Shown here in pieces: positions 14,401 through 26,099 of a stretch of 64,000 bases of DNA. The stretch's first letter is position 1. The number at the start of each line of letters is the position of its first letter. The position numbers and the translations under genes are program-made. Below the pieces are notes generated by a model, which made no database searches, was not told the origin of the DNA, and saw only the letters and a list, made by a program, of their open reading frames with translations. The stretch is taken from positions 1,550,001 through 1,614,000 of the forward strand of contig CM120643.1 of assembly GCA_051362555.1 (NCBI GenBank), written 5' to 3'. The DNA comes from Lingula anatina. Taxonomy: Eukaryota; Animalia; Brachiopoda.

Positions 14401-17030
14401 TCCAAAATTCACCATGGCCACAAATGGCCATGACAGTGCAGGTATGAATTTTGCTGCAATAATATTAAACAGTGCAACAAACAAATAATTCTAAAATTTG
14501 TGCAGTTAATTATAATCAAATATGCCCTTTCTACACTGCTTTCACGGAAACACTTGTCCATATTTAGTTAAATATTTAGGATTAAGGCTTTTTGGAAATG
14601 GATGAAATGTCTTGGCTGTAGTCTTTTTTCATGAAGAATGTTCACTGGAAAGCCAATTAAAATTTGCTTTTACCTCTGAAACTGAGTTTTTGTTACAATC
14701 TAAGATGGTGTTCATCTATATGAATAAATGGAATAAAACATTTACATGTATATGCCATAACTCAGCTTCAAACTGCTAGAGAGGTAAAATTATATCCACG
14801 TTTTGGAAAAATCAATATATCCGCTAACTTCAACTGAATATATAATTTAATTTTTTATAACATTTTACTTAAAATATGATTTATAGAAATGCAAAATCGC
14901 CATCTATATTTGCAAACTAGTTGCCTTTCACTCAAAATCAGACTATTTTGTGTCAATCAACTTGCCCAATAGATGGTAAGAGATGATCAAATAATTTCAG
15001 CCATCTACCGCACGATAATTTAAATACTTGTAGACCATATTGAGTTATTACAAATGTTCACGATCTTGGCTTCATATTATTCAAATTCAATACATCAAAA
15101 GGTAGCAACAAATACAAAAGAATAAAAGAAGGCAATTTCGGAGAACAATATACAATATTAGAAGTTTAATAGGACAGTAATATATACCAAAGTAAATCAC
15201 CCAGGATTTGTTGGGGTCATTTTGGATTTCAAGTTTTTTTTTTTTTTTTTTTTTTTGTTCTTAAAATGATAATTATAGGAATAATAAACACTATAAGCCG
15301 TAAGTAAAGACTAAATACCATATGGATATCAAAATACTTAACATTTCTCGATCCCGTTAAATTTATTAAATTTTCAACGTTAGTTACTTACAGTAGAAAC
15401 AGGTTTAGAAATCAGCTTAAACCAGCCGCAATTTTGATATTGCTGCCATCTTGAAAAAAATCACATCATCTTGGATGTTCAAAGAATGTTTTGCCATCAT
15501 ACCACGAATACAGCTGTCTTCTTAAGTTTATATTATTATTGAAGTTAATATATTTGAAATGTACGAAATTTTCTGAGTCTCAGAAATGTCAATTTCGAAC
15601 CCCTGTGTTAGTATGGCAATGGCTGGGTTAATTGAATAGAAAACAAGCAGAAAATGGGATCTTAGGATGTAAGCGATATATAATAGTAAATAAAAGACGC
15701 TAAAGGGGGATTCAGGTTAATAAAATCAATCTAAGTAACATTCTTTTGGAATATAATTTTCAATCAATTTTTTAGCAAGAGTGTATCATATTGACCATAA
15801 ATATATAGTCCCCTATACTCATTGACAGCCATTTCTTTCAAATGCGACAGAATACATTAGTATTTCAACTCAAAAGTATTCTTTCCCATGTCAAATGTGA
15901 GTGATTAGCATGTACATGAAACTTTGTGTGATTTCTTAGGTCAAATGTGAGTGACTTGCATTTATTGGGGGGGGGGGGGTATTATAGGTCTTTTATCTAG
16001 TCTAGGTTATTGTTTACCATTTGATCTTTCTTTTTTTAATCATTTTGCATGACCACACATCTAGTAGTGATCAGCACTATTAAAACATAAGTATTCATCC
16101 AAACTTAGGATAAAATTAGGAATATCGCTGTCATATTTTAGTCTACTGGTTACAAAGATGTAAATTCACGGTCATTGGCGGCCATTTTGAATTTTGAAAG
16201 CCATACTGTAATCCAAATTAAGTCAAGTAATTGAAAAGGGTTCTGTTTTTATATTCAGTGCACCAAAAGTAATGAAGAACATAATTTGGGATGATAAATC
16301 TGTCATATTTCCAGACAGGACAGCTACATGTAAAAGACTTGTTTTGTGGCAGCCATGTTGGATTTCAGGATTTTTCATCTCAATAAAAAGATTGCACCTT
16401 GAACAAACACTAAAGGCAGAAAGTAGAGATTCCATGCTACACTGGTGCATCAAAATATCCCAGATATTGCAATTCTTTAATGATTAAATAAGAATTAAAA
16501 AATTAAAAATTATCCAAATTTCTGAAAAAACAGCAAAAATTGGCCGCCATCTTGGAAAATTTTGTTCATCGTTAGGTATAGTGCACATCTTAGGCTACAT
16601 GTCTAGAACGATTTTGAATTCTATTTAGTTTATGTATTTGAAATATTTTAGATTTTGTTGGGCTCAGAAATGTCAATTTTTAACCCGTGTGTTACCATGG
16701 CAACGGCTGTAGCACCCACACCCACCACCAGTTTAATGGCAAACAAGCAGAAAATAAAAGCTAAGGACCTAAGCTATCAGAAAAACATAGTGACCGAAAA
16801 TCACTAAGGGGGGGGAGGGTTTCGGTATTTGGACCACGGACTATCTCTTTGGGGTCATAAATTACCCCACAAGAGTTTTTGATGTATACGCCACACTAAT
16901 TGGATGATCCCTACAAAAAACTGAAGACTACTGTAAAAGTGTGTAGGATAAGTAGACTGACAAACTCATGCAAGGAAAGAAAATTTGAATAAAAAATAAA
17001 GAGATGGCACATTAAATCATATGGCTGGGG
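11406..17030. mobile_element. Degenerate host element of the Academ-like insertion (TTAA-flanked, GGGGTCA..ACCCC subterminal hairpins)
   Basis: Interrupts the 3-kb block at ttaa 11406; ggggtcatctatgacccc at 11453 and ggggtcataaattacccc at 16851; right end not found. Confidence 0.35.
12239..16843. mobile_element. Non-autonomous foldback DNA transposon, probably Academ superfamily (4.6 kb)
   Basis: Termini TAGTC...GACTA, 3-bp TSD TCT (12236-38 and 16844-46), long imperfect TIRs, ~730-bp internal modules, no transposase ORF, second inverted copy at 56469-60615. The superfamily call is inferred from the TAG termini and 3-bp TSD. Confidence 0.85.
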
Positions 17031-20000
17031 TCGTTATTTCTTAACAATTCACATGACGAGAATAAACACAAAACCAAAAATCAGGGTGTTAAATTGGCAG
17101 AGGAATCTGGACCTAACCATGGGTGCCAGAAGATTAAAGGTCCGTTTACCATTAATATCTCGACCTGTCTACTGTGCAATAACTCCACGGGGACTCTCGT
17201 TGAATGCAATCAGATTGACAGATTAAAGCGTCTCCTCCTAGCGTTGAGTAGAATAGAGAAAAGCTGGTGATTATATATATATATATACATTCACTGACAT
17301 ATACAATAATTTGAGGTAAGCATTTGATAATGATTCATTTAATTTTTTTTTTTTCAATTTCAATGTGATTTAGAACACTGTAAATGATAAGAAGTGGCTA
17401 CATAGTAAATTGAGTCGCAGTTTTAAATTCAACTCTCATTTTCCTTTCAAAAGTTGTTCAAGTATAATACTACCGGTCAACACTATTCTCAGACGGTTCG
17501 CGCATGTGACAAAATCAAGCTGTCTTGCAAAGATAATGTTCCAAGGTACGGTTGATTGTGTGGAGTATTGGGGCAGACAAGACATGATCTCTTTCTAGAG
17601 TCAGGTATTGGCAAACAACACATCAATAGGGAAAAGAATGGAAAAGCCTCTGTCATTCTTAACCACGGAATTAAGAGACAGGGAGAGAAAATTAGAGAAA
17701 AAGAGACAGCCTACAACATCACGCCGATACACTGTTACAGGTAAACTTATTCCTTACCACAAACAGGTTAGCATAGAAACAGGTAGCTATATGTCTTAAT
17801 ACAGAACACGACGCTGATCTTTTAGATTTCAAATACATTATTTATTGTAATAATATTGAGAGGAAATATACATTCATTGGATGGAAATGATGAAGAAATT
17901 GTCAAAATTATTTAAGAATAAAGAGGTGGTGGCGAGTTTACTGCTAGAAAGCCGGAGTAGAAACCGGTTGGATAGGTCTGTTGATATGTTGATAGTACTA
18001 CAGGTACATGTGTATCTTCATGTTATATTATATACACCAAAGTATACAAAAACTAACAGTCGAGATTTAAGAGGTAAATTATATAATTCAACCCATTATA
18101 GAAAATTAAAAACATGTGTATCGGGAGTGTGACTATACATCTCATTGTAAAATGTCATTAATATCTTGCAATTGCTTTCATGAGAAAAAAATGTGAACAG
18201 AATAACTTCATAAAAATGATCATTTATTTCCCAAAAATCAGCGTCTCATTTTCGAGATTGATAAACTTCTATAAAGAAAATCAAAAATAGGGGAAATTGT
18301 TGAATTATTTATGCACTCAGTGTTTTATGTTCAAACTATACAGGCAGATAAAAGATTTGCTGTCTACTCACTTCATTACTTTTGGTGTCGAATGCGTAAT
18401 AATGAGAGAAAATGAGATGAGAATGATATATAAAGTTAGCAAAACTTTTGTGGGAATAAATAGGCTGACATGAGTGTAGAAACCCTGAGCAGAAACAGGT
18501 CGAATAGGTGTGTTCATAGTACTTCATGATATATTATAAACAGAAACTATATGAAAACTAACATATGCGATTTATGAGGCATATTATATAATTGAAATGG
18601 GTGCCCATTAAAGGGTTGAAATACTGAAAATTAAAAACATGTTTTTCTGGAGTATGACCGTTCATCATATTATAAAACATCATAATTCTCTTGCAATTTG
18701 TTTCATGAGAAACTACAAGGTGAAGAGAATTATTTCAATAAAATAATCAATTATTTCCCAAAATACAGTGTCTCATTTGCCCTAAAAATAAGATCTAGAA
18801 ATACGACCAAACGTAGGGAAGATTGTTTAATTATTTATGCACTGAGTGTTTTTATGTTCAAACTATACAGGCAAATAGAATTTTGCTGCCTACTCACTTC
18901 ATTACTACTGGCGGCGAATGCGTAATATTAAGACAGAATATACATTTATGAGAAATAAATAATAAAGAAAGCAAATTTTTTGAGAATAAAGAGGTGACAG
19001 CGAGTGTAGAAACCCTGAGCAGAATCAGATTAAATTGGGACCTTCAATGCATTACGTGTGTATCTTCATGTCATAAGTGGAAGTCGATCACTGATGACAG
19101 GGACGTCTGACAAAACTCTGACTGTAGTTACATATTGATTTTTCTATGACAAATAACCACACTCCCCAAAATCTACAATACGAAAGATATAGACTAACGG
19201 CAGGGGTGGATCCAGGATTGTTTGAAGAGGGGGGGGGGTCTGCGGGTGCGAAGCTGAACCCCACCCCCACCCTTATATGCGTAGGGTTTGAGGCCCGGTG
19301 AAGGGCCCCAAAAATAATTAGTATTTTAGAGGACGAACAGTGCCATAAGGATGGTTTAGTGCTATGATTCAGCTAGTCAAAAGTCCAATTTCATGAGTTT
19401 ACTATTGGCGTAATTTTTTTTCAGAAATGAAAGGAGGAGGTCAAGACCCCCCGCCCCGTCTAAATCTCCCACTGAACAGTATGTTAAAAATAAAGGGTGA
19501 GTTTGAGGAGAAAATATGAAAACTTGAGAACTCGTTGAGAGACACAGTTTTTTTTCAACAAAAATAAGTTCATAGTTATTTGTAGTCAGTGACTCGTCTT
19601 AAGAACTAAAGCACTTTTTCTCAGGATTACCAAGAGATACAGTGCAAGTGGAAATAAGATACAGCATGTAGAACTGGTAATGTCGAATCATGTTACACCT
19701 AGGAAAAAGAAATATAAACTGGACAAGTGTCTATTGTTGACAAAATTAAAATCCTGAAAAGAACATGATTGCGAAGAAGCTAGGATGCAAATGGAATATG
19801 TAAGCAATTTTCGAATATAAAAAGTTAAATGCCTTGACAAATGCTATTGCTTAATAGAAAATACAAGAAAACCAAACGAGACGCTCTATATAATTTAAGC
19901 AGGTGCCCATTATAACGGTGAAATAAAGAAAAAGAAAAACGTGTTTTTTATCTGGAGAATGAGCGTTCATCCTATCATAATCTATCATATTCTACGTGCA

Positions 20001-20100
20001 ATTGTTGACATTAGAAAATTAACAGATTTTCTTCAATAAAATCAATTATTTTCAAAAACAGCGTCTTATTTGCGAAATTTGATAATCTTCATGAGGAATT
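17030..20100 (+). repeat. Non-coding ~3 kb duplicated block, copy 3
   Basis: Matches copies 1 and 2; internal ~540-bp degenerate sub-repeats. Confidence 0.85.
19201..19474. mobile_element. ~280-bp MITE, block copy 3
   Basis: Same as 10502-10781. Confidence 0.7.
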
Positions 20101-20324
20101 TAGATCAAACACAATTAATTATTTAGCACTTGTTTTATGATCAAACTATACAGGCAAAAAGAAGCTTTGCTGCGTACTTACTTCATGACTTTCTAGCGTC
20201 GCATGCGAAATGCGGTGAATATTTAATGATTCTTTTGTCTTTCAACCGACCTTGCCCAAAGGCAAGTATAACAGCTGTTAGAATCAAAGCAAAACTTACT
20301 CCATATGCCCTATATATACATGTT

Positions 20325-20548
20325 GTATCTACCGTGGACATGGCCTATCTGATGCTATACATGGTGCTCCAGCTGTCCTAAAGATACCTACCGTGGACAT
20401 GGGCTATCTGATGCTATACCTGGTACTCCAGGTGTCCTATAGATATCTACCGTGGACATGGCCTATCTGATGCTATACCTTGTTTTCCAGGTGTCCTATA
20501 GATATCTACCGTGGACATGGGTTATCTGATGCTATACCTGGTACTAAA
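20325..20548. repeat. 59-bp minisatellite, ~4 copies
   Basis: accgtggacatgg recurs at 20331, 20390, 20449 and 20508. Confidence 0.9.
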
Positions 20549-21669
20549 GGCATAGTCCCCAATGCATTAGAGAAACAAACGACGCTGTTTTGCTGTTTAC
20601 ATGAGCTTCCTCAGAGTTCGTCTGGTATCCAATCAAACCACTCCATATTACACAATGCGTAGTCCAACAGACTTGGTAGTCAATTAATTGGTAAAGACAC
20701 TTCACACTTCTCCAGTCAGATATCTAATATGTGATCTTAGTTTTTTTGAAAAAAAAAGGCATTTTACATGAAACTGAAATATTCCCTCTTAATTGTCAGG
20801 TCTGTATATTCACTGGCCTAAAAATAAAATGATCATTATGAAAGTATAAAAACGATAAGTATTTCTATAATATTTATAGGCTCGTCATATTTTAAAATAT
20901 CATCTTGCTTTAAAAAACACTATAATACCATATTCCTTTAATAAAAAAAGTATAATGATTCCAGTTACAGGAATTAAATGAAAATTAAATGCTGATTTTC
21001 TATTAATACAGTATTTTATTTGACACGTAGGTACATGAAAACTAGAATTTGATAAAATGCGGGGAAAGTCGATTTAACTATGTGCATCTTGAATGTTTTA
21101 TGTTCAACGTTTGCGGTAAAGAGATGCTGTCAGCTGGCTTAAACGCTTCATTAAATATGCGACGTCTTTCCTATTGCCATCATATTTTACCTCAACTCTC
21201 AAACACTAATTAAATTCTTCAGAAGAAACAGAATTTATTGACAAAAACAAAAATGGCAAAATATGGCATTTGAAAGTAGATTTTGCCTGTCTTGAATCAT
21301 AATGGAATGAATGAGGGATGTACAAATAATAAACCCGCAAAGCACTTCTTTCAATAGCTCAGACAGCACCATGAATCAACTTGAAAAAATATAGAATATG
21401 TCAGAAATCAAAACATTTTTTTAATACACAAGCTATGACCTATTACAATTAAACATTTGCTACATGTAGTATGATACTGATCCCCTACTAAAAAAGACTG
21501 TGACCCCTCAAGCAATTGTGTACATTGCAACAAGGGTACATGTACCTGGTGGTTTTTATTTCACTATTACATAACAACTAGGAAACATATCATCGCGTAA
21601 ATTGAGGATGTGAGTAGCAGATAATTGATATTGAATATTATAATGGCAGTGTGGTTTACTGACTCCACC

Positions 21670-22632
21670 ATTTGACTGCCCCTGTTAAACTGTCAGCATG
21701 ACATCTGATCCTGACTCCACTTTCAAAAAACTGACTGCCCCAGACATAATGTCAGTATGACATCTGATCCTGACTCTACCTTCAAATAACTGACTGCCCC
21801 TGTCAAACTGTCAGCATGACATCTGATCCTGACTCCACTTTCAAATAACTGACTACCCCAGACATAATGTCAGTATGACATCTGATCCTGACTCTACCTT
21901 CAAATAACTGCCTGAACCAGACATAATGTCAGTATGACACCTGATCCTGACTCTACCTTCAAATAACTGACTGCCCCAGACATACTGTCAGTATGACATC
22001 TGATCCTGACTCTACCTTCAAATAACTGACTGCCCCAGACATAATGTCAGTATGACATCTGATCCTGACTCTACCTTCAAATAACTGACTGCCCCTGTCA
22101 AACTGTCAGCATGACATCTGATCCTGACTCCACTTTCAAATAACTGACTACCCCAGACATAAAGTCAGTATGACATCTGATCCTGACTCTACCTTCAAAT
22201 AACTGACTGCACCAGACATAATGTCAGTATGACATCTGATCCTGACTCTACCTTCAAATAACTGACTGCCGCAGACATACTGTCAGTATGACATCTGATC
22301 CTGACTCTACCTTCAAATAACTGACTGCCCCAGACATGTCAGTATGACATCTGATCCTGACTCTACCTTCAAATAACTGACTGCCCCAGACATAATGTCA
22401 GTATGACATCTGATCCTGACTCTACCTTCAAATAACTGACTGCCCCTGTCAAACTGTCAGCATGACATCTGATCCTGACTCCACTTTCAAATAACTGACT
22501 GCACCAGACATAATGTCAGTATGACATCTGATCCTGACTCTACCTTCAAATAACTGACTGCCCCAGTCATACTGTCAGTGTGACATTTGATACTGGCTCG
22601 ACTCTTACATAATTGACAGCCCCGGTTACCTT
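21670..22632. repeat. 59-bp minisatellite array 1 (~16 copies)
   Basis: Unit ctgactgccccagacataatgtcagtatgacatctgatcctgactctaccttcaaataa. Confidence 0.95.
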
Positions 22633-22649
22633 ATCTTTTTTTTTGTTTT

Positions 22650-24799
22650 GTTGATATGACTTTGGCTATGAAAGTTGAATCAACGTTGAACCATCAAGGT
22701 TGAATCAACCTTGAGGTATCAATGTTGAATCAACGTTGATGGTCAACGTTGAAACTATGTTGATATGACGTTGACTATGAAAGTTGAATCAACGTTGAAC
22801 CATCAAGGTTGAATCAACCTTGCGGTATCAATGTTGAATCAAGGTTGACGGTCAACGTTGAAACTATGTTGATATGACGTTGACTATGAAAGTTGAATCA
22901 ACGTTGATCCATCATGAGGTATCAATGTTGAATCAACGTTGACGGTCAATGTTGAACCTGTTGATATGACATTGACTATGAAAGTTGAATCAACGTTGAA
23001 CCATCAAGGTTGAATCAACCTTGAAGTATCTATGTTGAATCAACGTTGACAGTCAATGTTGTAACTATGTTTATATGACGTTGACTATGAAAGTTGAATC
23101 AACGTTGAACCATCAAGGTTGAATCAACCTTGAGGTATCAATGTTGAATCAACATAGACGCCTCAATGTTGAATCAATGTTGAAATTAAGTTGAATTTGA
23201 AAATTGAATTAACGTTGATATATCAGTTAGGCTATCAGGATATATTTGATTGAAATTTGCCTGATGGCTGAAGGTGTTCTCCAAGATATCAAGCATTTCT
23301 TGAAATAAAAAGACTCAGATCTGAAAAGGGGGGAAATTAGGAAAATTACCTACAAAAAAAGGTAATTTCGGAATAAAAGGGGTGGGGTCCAGACCCCGGA
23401 ACCGGCCCCTGTATCCACCTATGGGTCGTAAGATTCTTTTTTAACTTTCCAGTTTGATGCTCAGTGTTACGGACCAAAACAGCCCGAACATAAAAAACAC
23501 AATCAACAACTAATTTAACTATGAATATAATATATTACAAACAATGAACAGACACTACGTACACTAACTAATACTATTACTATCATGTTGCATAAACTTT
23601 AACATTTGTCAAATACAGTTAAATTCTAACAGATTCGTAGACAGTTAAGTTTTGAAGACGCAATGTCACAGTTTTCCGAGTCCTTATCTGTTGAACGTTC
23701 CTCCTGATAGTGTGGAGTTTTGAAGACGCAATGTCACCGTTTTCCATGTCCTTATCTGTTGAACGATCCTCCTGATAGCGTGGGGTTTTGAAGACGCAAT
23801 GTCACCGTTTTCCATGTCCTTATCTGTTGAAAGATCCTCCTGATAGTGTGGGGTTTTGAAGACGCAACGTCACCGTTTTCCATGTCCTTATCTGTTGAAC
23901 GACCCTCCTGATAGTGTGGCCTCACAAAGTACAGTTTTTGTACTGTAAAAGTGTTACACACTGTCCACACTCACGTGTTGCATCAGTTCATGTTATCCGG
24001 AGTCTCGCACTTAATAACAGTCCCGCACTTCATTTACATTATACAAGTATGCATGCACATACGGTAATTACTCATAAAAATTAAACAACAAATTAGCTTA
24101 CTAAAATAATAAACACAATAACGTCATATCAGGTAGTTAAGATAATTTTAAGAAAACAAAAACAAAGGGTCACCAGTCTAATTTTTTCTCACAGCTAACT
24201 TAAATTTCCAGAAAAACAGGCATTTTTGGCTTTTTCAAGCTTGTTCTTCAACCTTGAGTAAAATTTTGTCCATCTGCCATAAAGTAAGGCTGGTGACCCT
24301 ATGTTTTTTTCTTTTTCTTAAAGATAACCTGAACATCAGATCTGGAAAGTTTAAAAAAAAAACTGACGACTGCTTTTTTCACAAAACTAATTTTAATGAA
24401 AAAGGGGTAAAACAAGCGTTTTATGAGGGGTAATTACCCCTATGCGTATATACCTCTCTAGTGAGATAATCATTTAAAACTATTATCAAGGTTATGATTA
24501 AGGTTATAAGGTTAAGGTTGACCCAATGTTGAGATCCAGTTGATATGTCAACATTGACAAAGGGTTTACAAACACAGGTTGATTCAATGTTGAAATCCTG
24601 TTGATCTATCAACATTGAAAATTGATTGACAAAGAAAGGTTAAATCAATGTTGAGACCCTGTTGATCTATCAACACTGACAATTGGTTGACAAGAAAAGG
24701 TTTATTCAATGTTGAGATCTTGTTGATCTATCAATATTGATGGATCAACATCATCTCAACCTATCCTCAATGTTGAATCAACGTTGAGTGCCCGCTGGG
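22650..24799. mobile_element. Left-truncated EnSpm/CMC-like non-autonomous element with gttgaatcaac subterminal repeats
   Basis: Right end caacgttgagtgcccgctggg (CCCAGCGGGCAC TIR on -); ~109-bp tandem units of palindromic gttgaatcaac at 22650-23220 and related repeats at 24520-24790. Confidence 0.6.
23465..24128. mobile_element. Probable solo LTR containing a 68-bp tandem repeat (4 copies, 23650-23920)
   Basis: Starts TGTTACG, ends CGTCATA (degenerate CGTAACA), flanked by TCAG on both sides (4-bp TSD); removing it restores the left arm of an inverted repeat paired with 24290-24370. Confidence 0.6.
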
Positions 24800-25624
24800 A
24801 CTGTCATTATGACACCTCATCCTGACTCCACCTTCAAATAACTGACTGCCCCAGTCATACTGTCAGTATGACATCTGATCCTGACACCACCTTCAAATAA
24901 CTGACTGCCCCAGTCATTCTGTCAGTATGACATCTGATCCTGACTCCACCTTCAAATATCTGACTGCCGCAGTCATACTGTCAGCATGACATCTGATCCT
25001 GACTCCACCTTCAAATTACTGACTGCCCCAGTCATGCTGTCATTATGACATCTGATTCAGACTCCACCTTCAAATATCTGACTGCCTCAGTCATACTGTC
25101 AGCATGACAACTGACCCTGACACCACCTTCAAATAACTGACTGCCCCAGTCATTCTGTCAGCATGACACCTGATTCAGACTCCACCTTCAAATATCTGAC
25201 TGCCCCATTCATTCTGTCAGTATAACATCTGATCCTGACTGCACCTTCATATATCTGACTGCCCCAGTCATACTGTCAGCATGACATCTGATCCTGACTC
25301 CACCTTCAAATAACTGACTGCCCCTGTCATACTGTCAGTATGACATCTGATCCTGACTCCACCTTCAAATAACTGATTGCCCCAGTCATTCTGTCACTAT
25401 GACTCCTGATTTAGACTCCACCTTCAAATATCTGACTGCCCCAGTCATGCTGTCAGCATGACAACTCATCCTGACTCCACCTTCAAATTACTGACTGCCT
25501 CAGTCATACTGTCAGTATGACATCTGATCCTGACTCCACATTCAAATAACTGACTGCCCCAGTCATACTGTCAGTGTGACATTTGATACTGACTCGACTC
25601 TTACATAATTGACAGCCCCGGTTA

Positions 25625-25676
<52 letters not shown>
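24800..25676. repeat. 59-bp minisatellite array 2 (~14 copies) followed by a ~50-nt poly-T
   Basis: Same unit family as 21670-22632 with the same terminal variant. Confidence 0.95.
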
Positions 25677-25850
25677 GCGTGTGATACTCTGTGTCCTGTT
25701 TTATCATTACATTAACATAGAATTATATTCACATTTTATTAATTAAACTCTATTAGTCTAATATGTAAATCTCGTTCAGAAAAAAAAACATAAATCTATA
25801 GCCACGAGTGGACCCAACAGTGGACCCCAAATGACTGAAATGGCATTTAA

Positions 25851-26099
25851 GGCTGCGTTCACAAGAAAAATCTATTTTCTAAAAATCTACAAATCTATTT
25901 GAGTTATCTTTTGAACACGGTCTGTGCCCTAAATACCCCACAGTGTAATTACAGGCAGCACAACCCAGTTACTTCCAAAGCTGTAATTAATTCTCGGCGC
26001 TGGCAGTAATTAAGCCGTGGGGTATTCATGCGACAGACCGTGATCACAAGATACCTCAAAAAGATTTTTAGAAAATAGATTTTTCATGTGAACGCAGCC
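25851..26099. mobile_element. PIF/Harbinger-type MITE, 249 bp
   Basis: ~38-bp TIR ggctgcgttcacaagaaaaatctattttctaaaaatct, TAA TSD on both sides; partial copies at ~42058 and ~61998. Confidence 0.85.

Noticed and set aside
17045-17270. Open frame ..GPNHGCQKIKGPFTINISTCLLCNNSTGTLVECNQIDRLKR.. partly preserved at 6045-6200
   Set aside because: No ATG or clear acceptor, frameshifts upstream in copy 1, and no recognisable motif; insufficient evidence.
7094-18925. Repeated ORFs MKYYEHTYST.., MEMMKKLSK.., MFYEKLQG.. as a gene family
   Set aside because: They recur only because the block is triplicated; AT-rich, no domain, and frames are broken in copy 1.
21670-25625. CRISPR-like appearance of regularly spaced repeats
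   Set aside because: Units are contiguous 59-bp tandem repeats with no unique spacers, there are no cas genes, and the context is eukaryotic.
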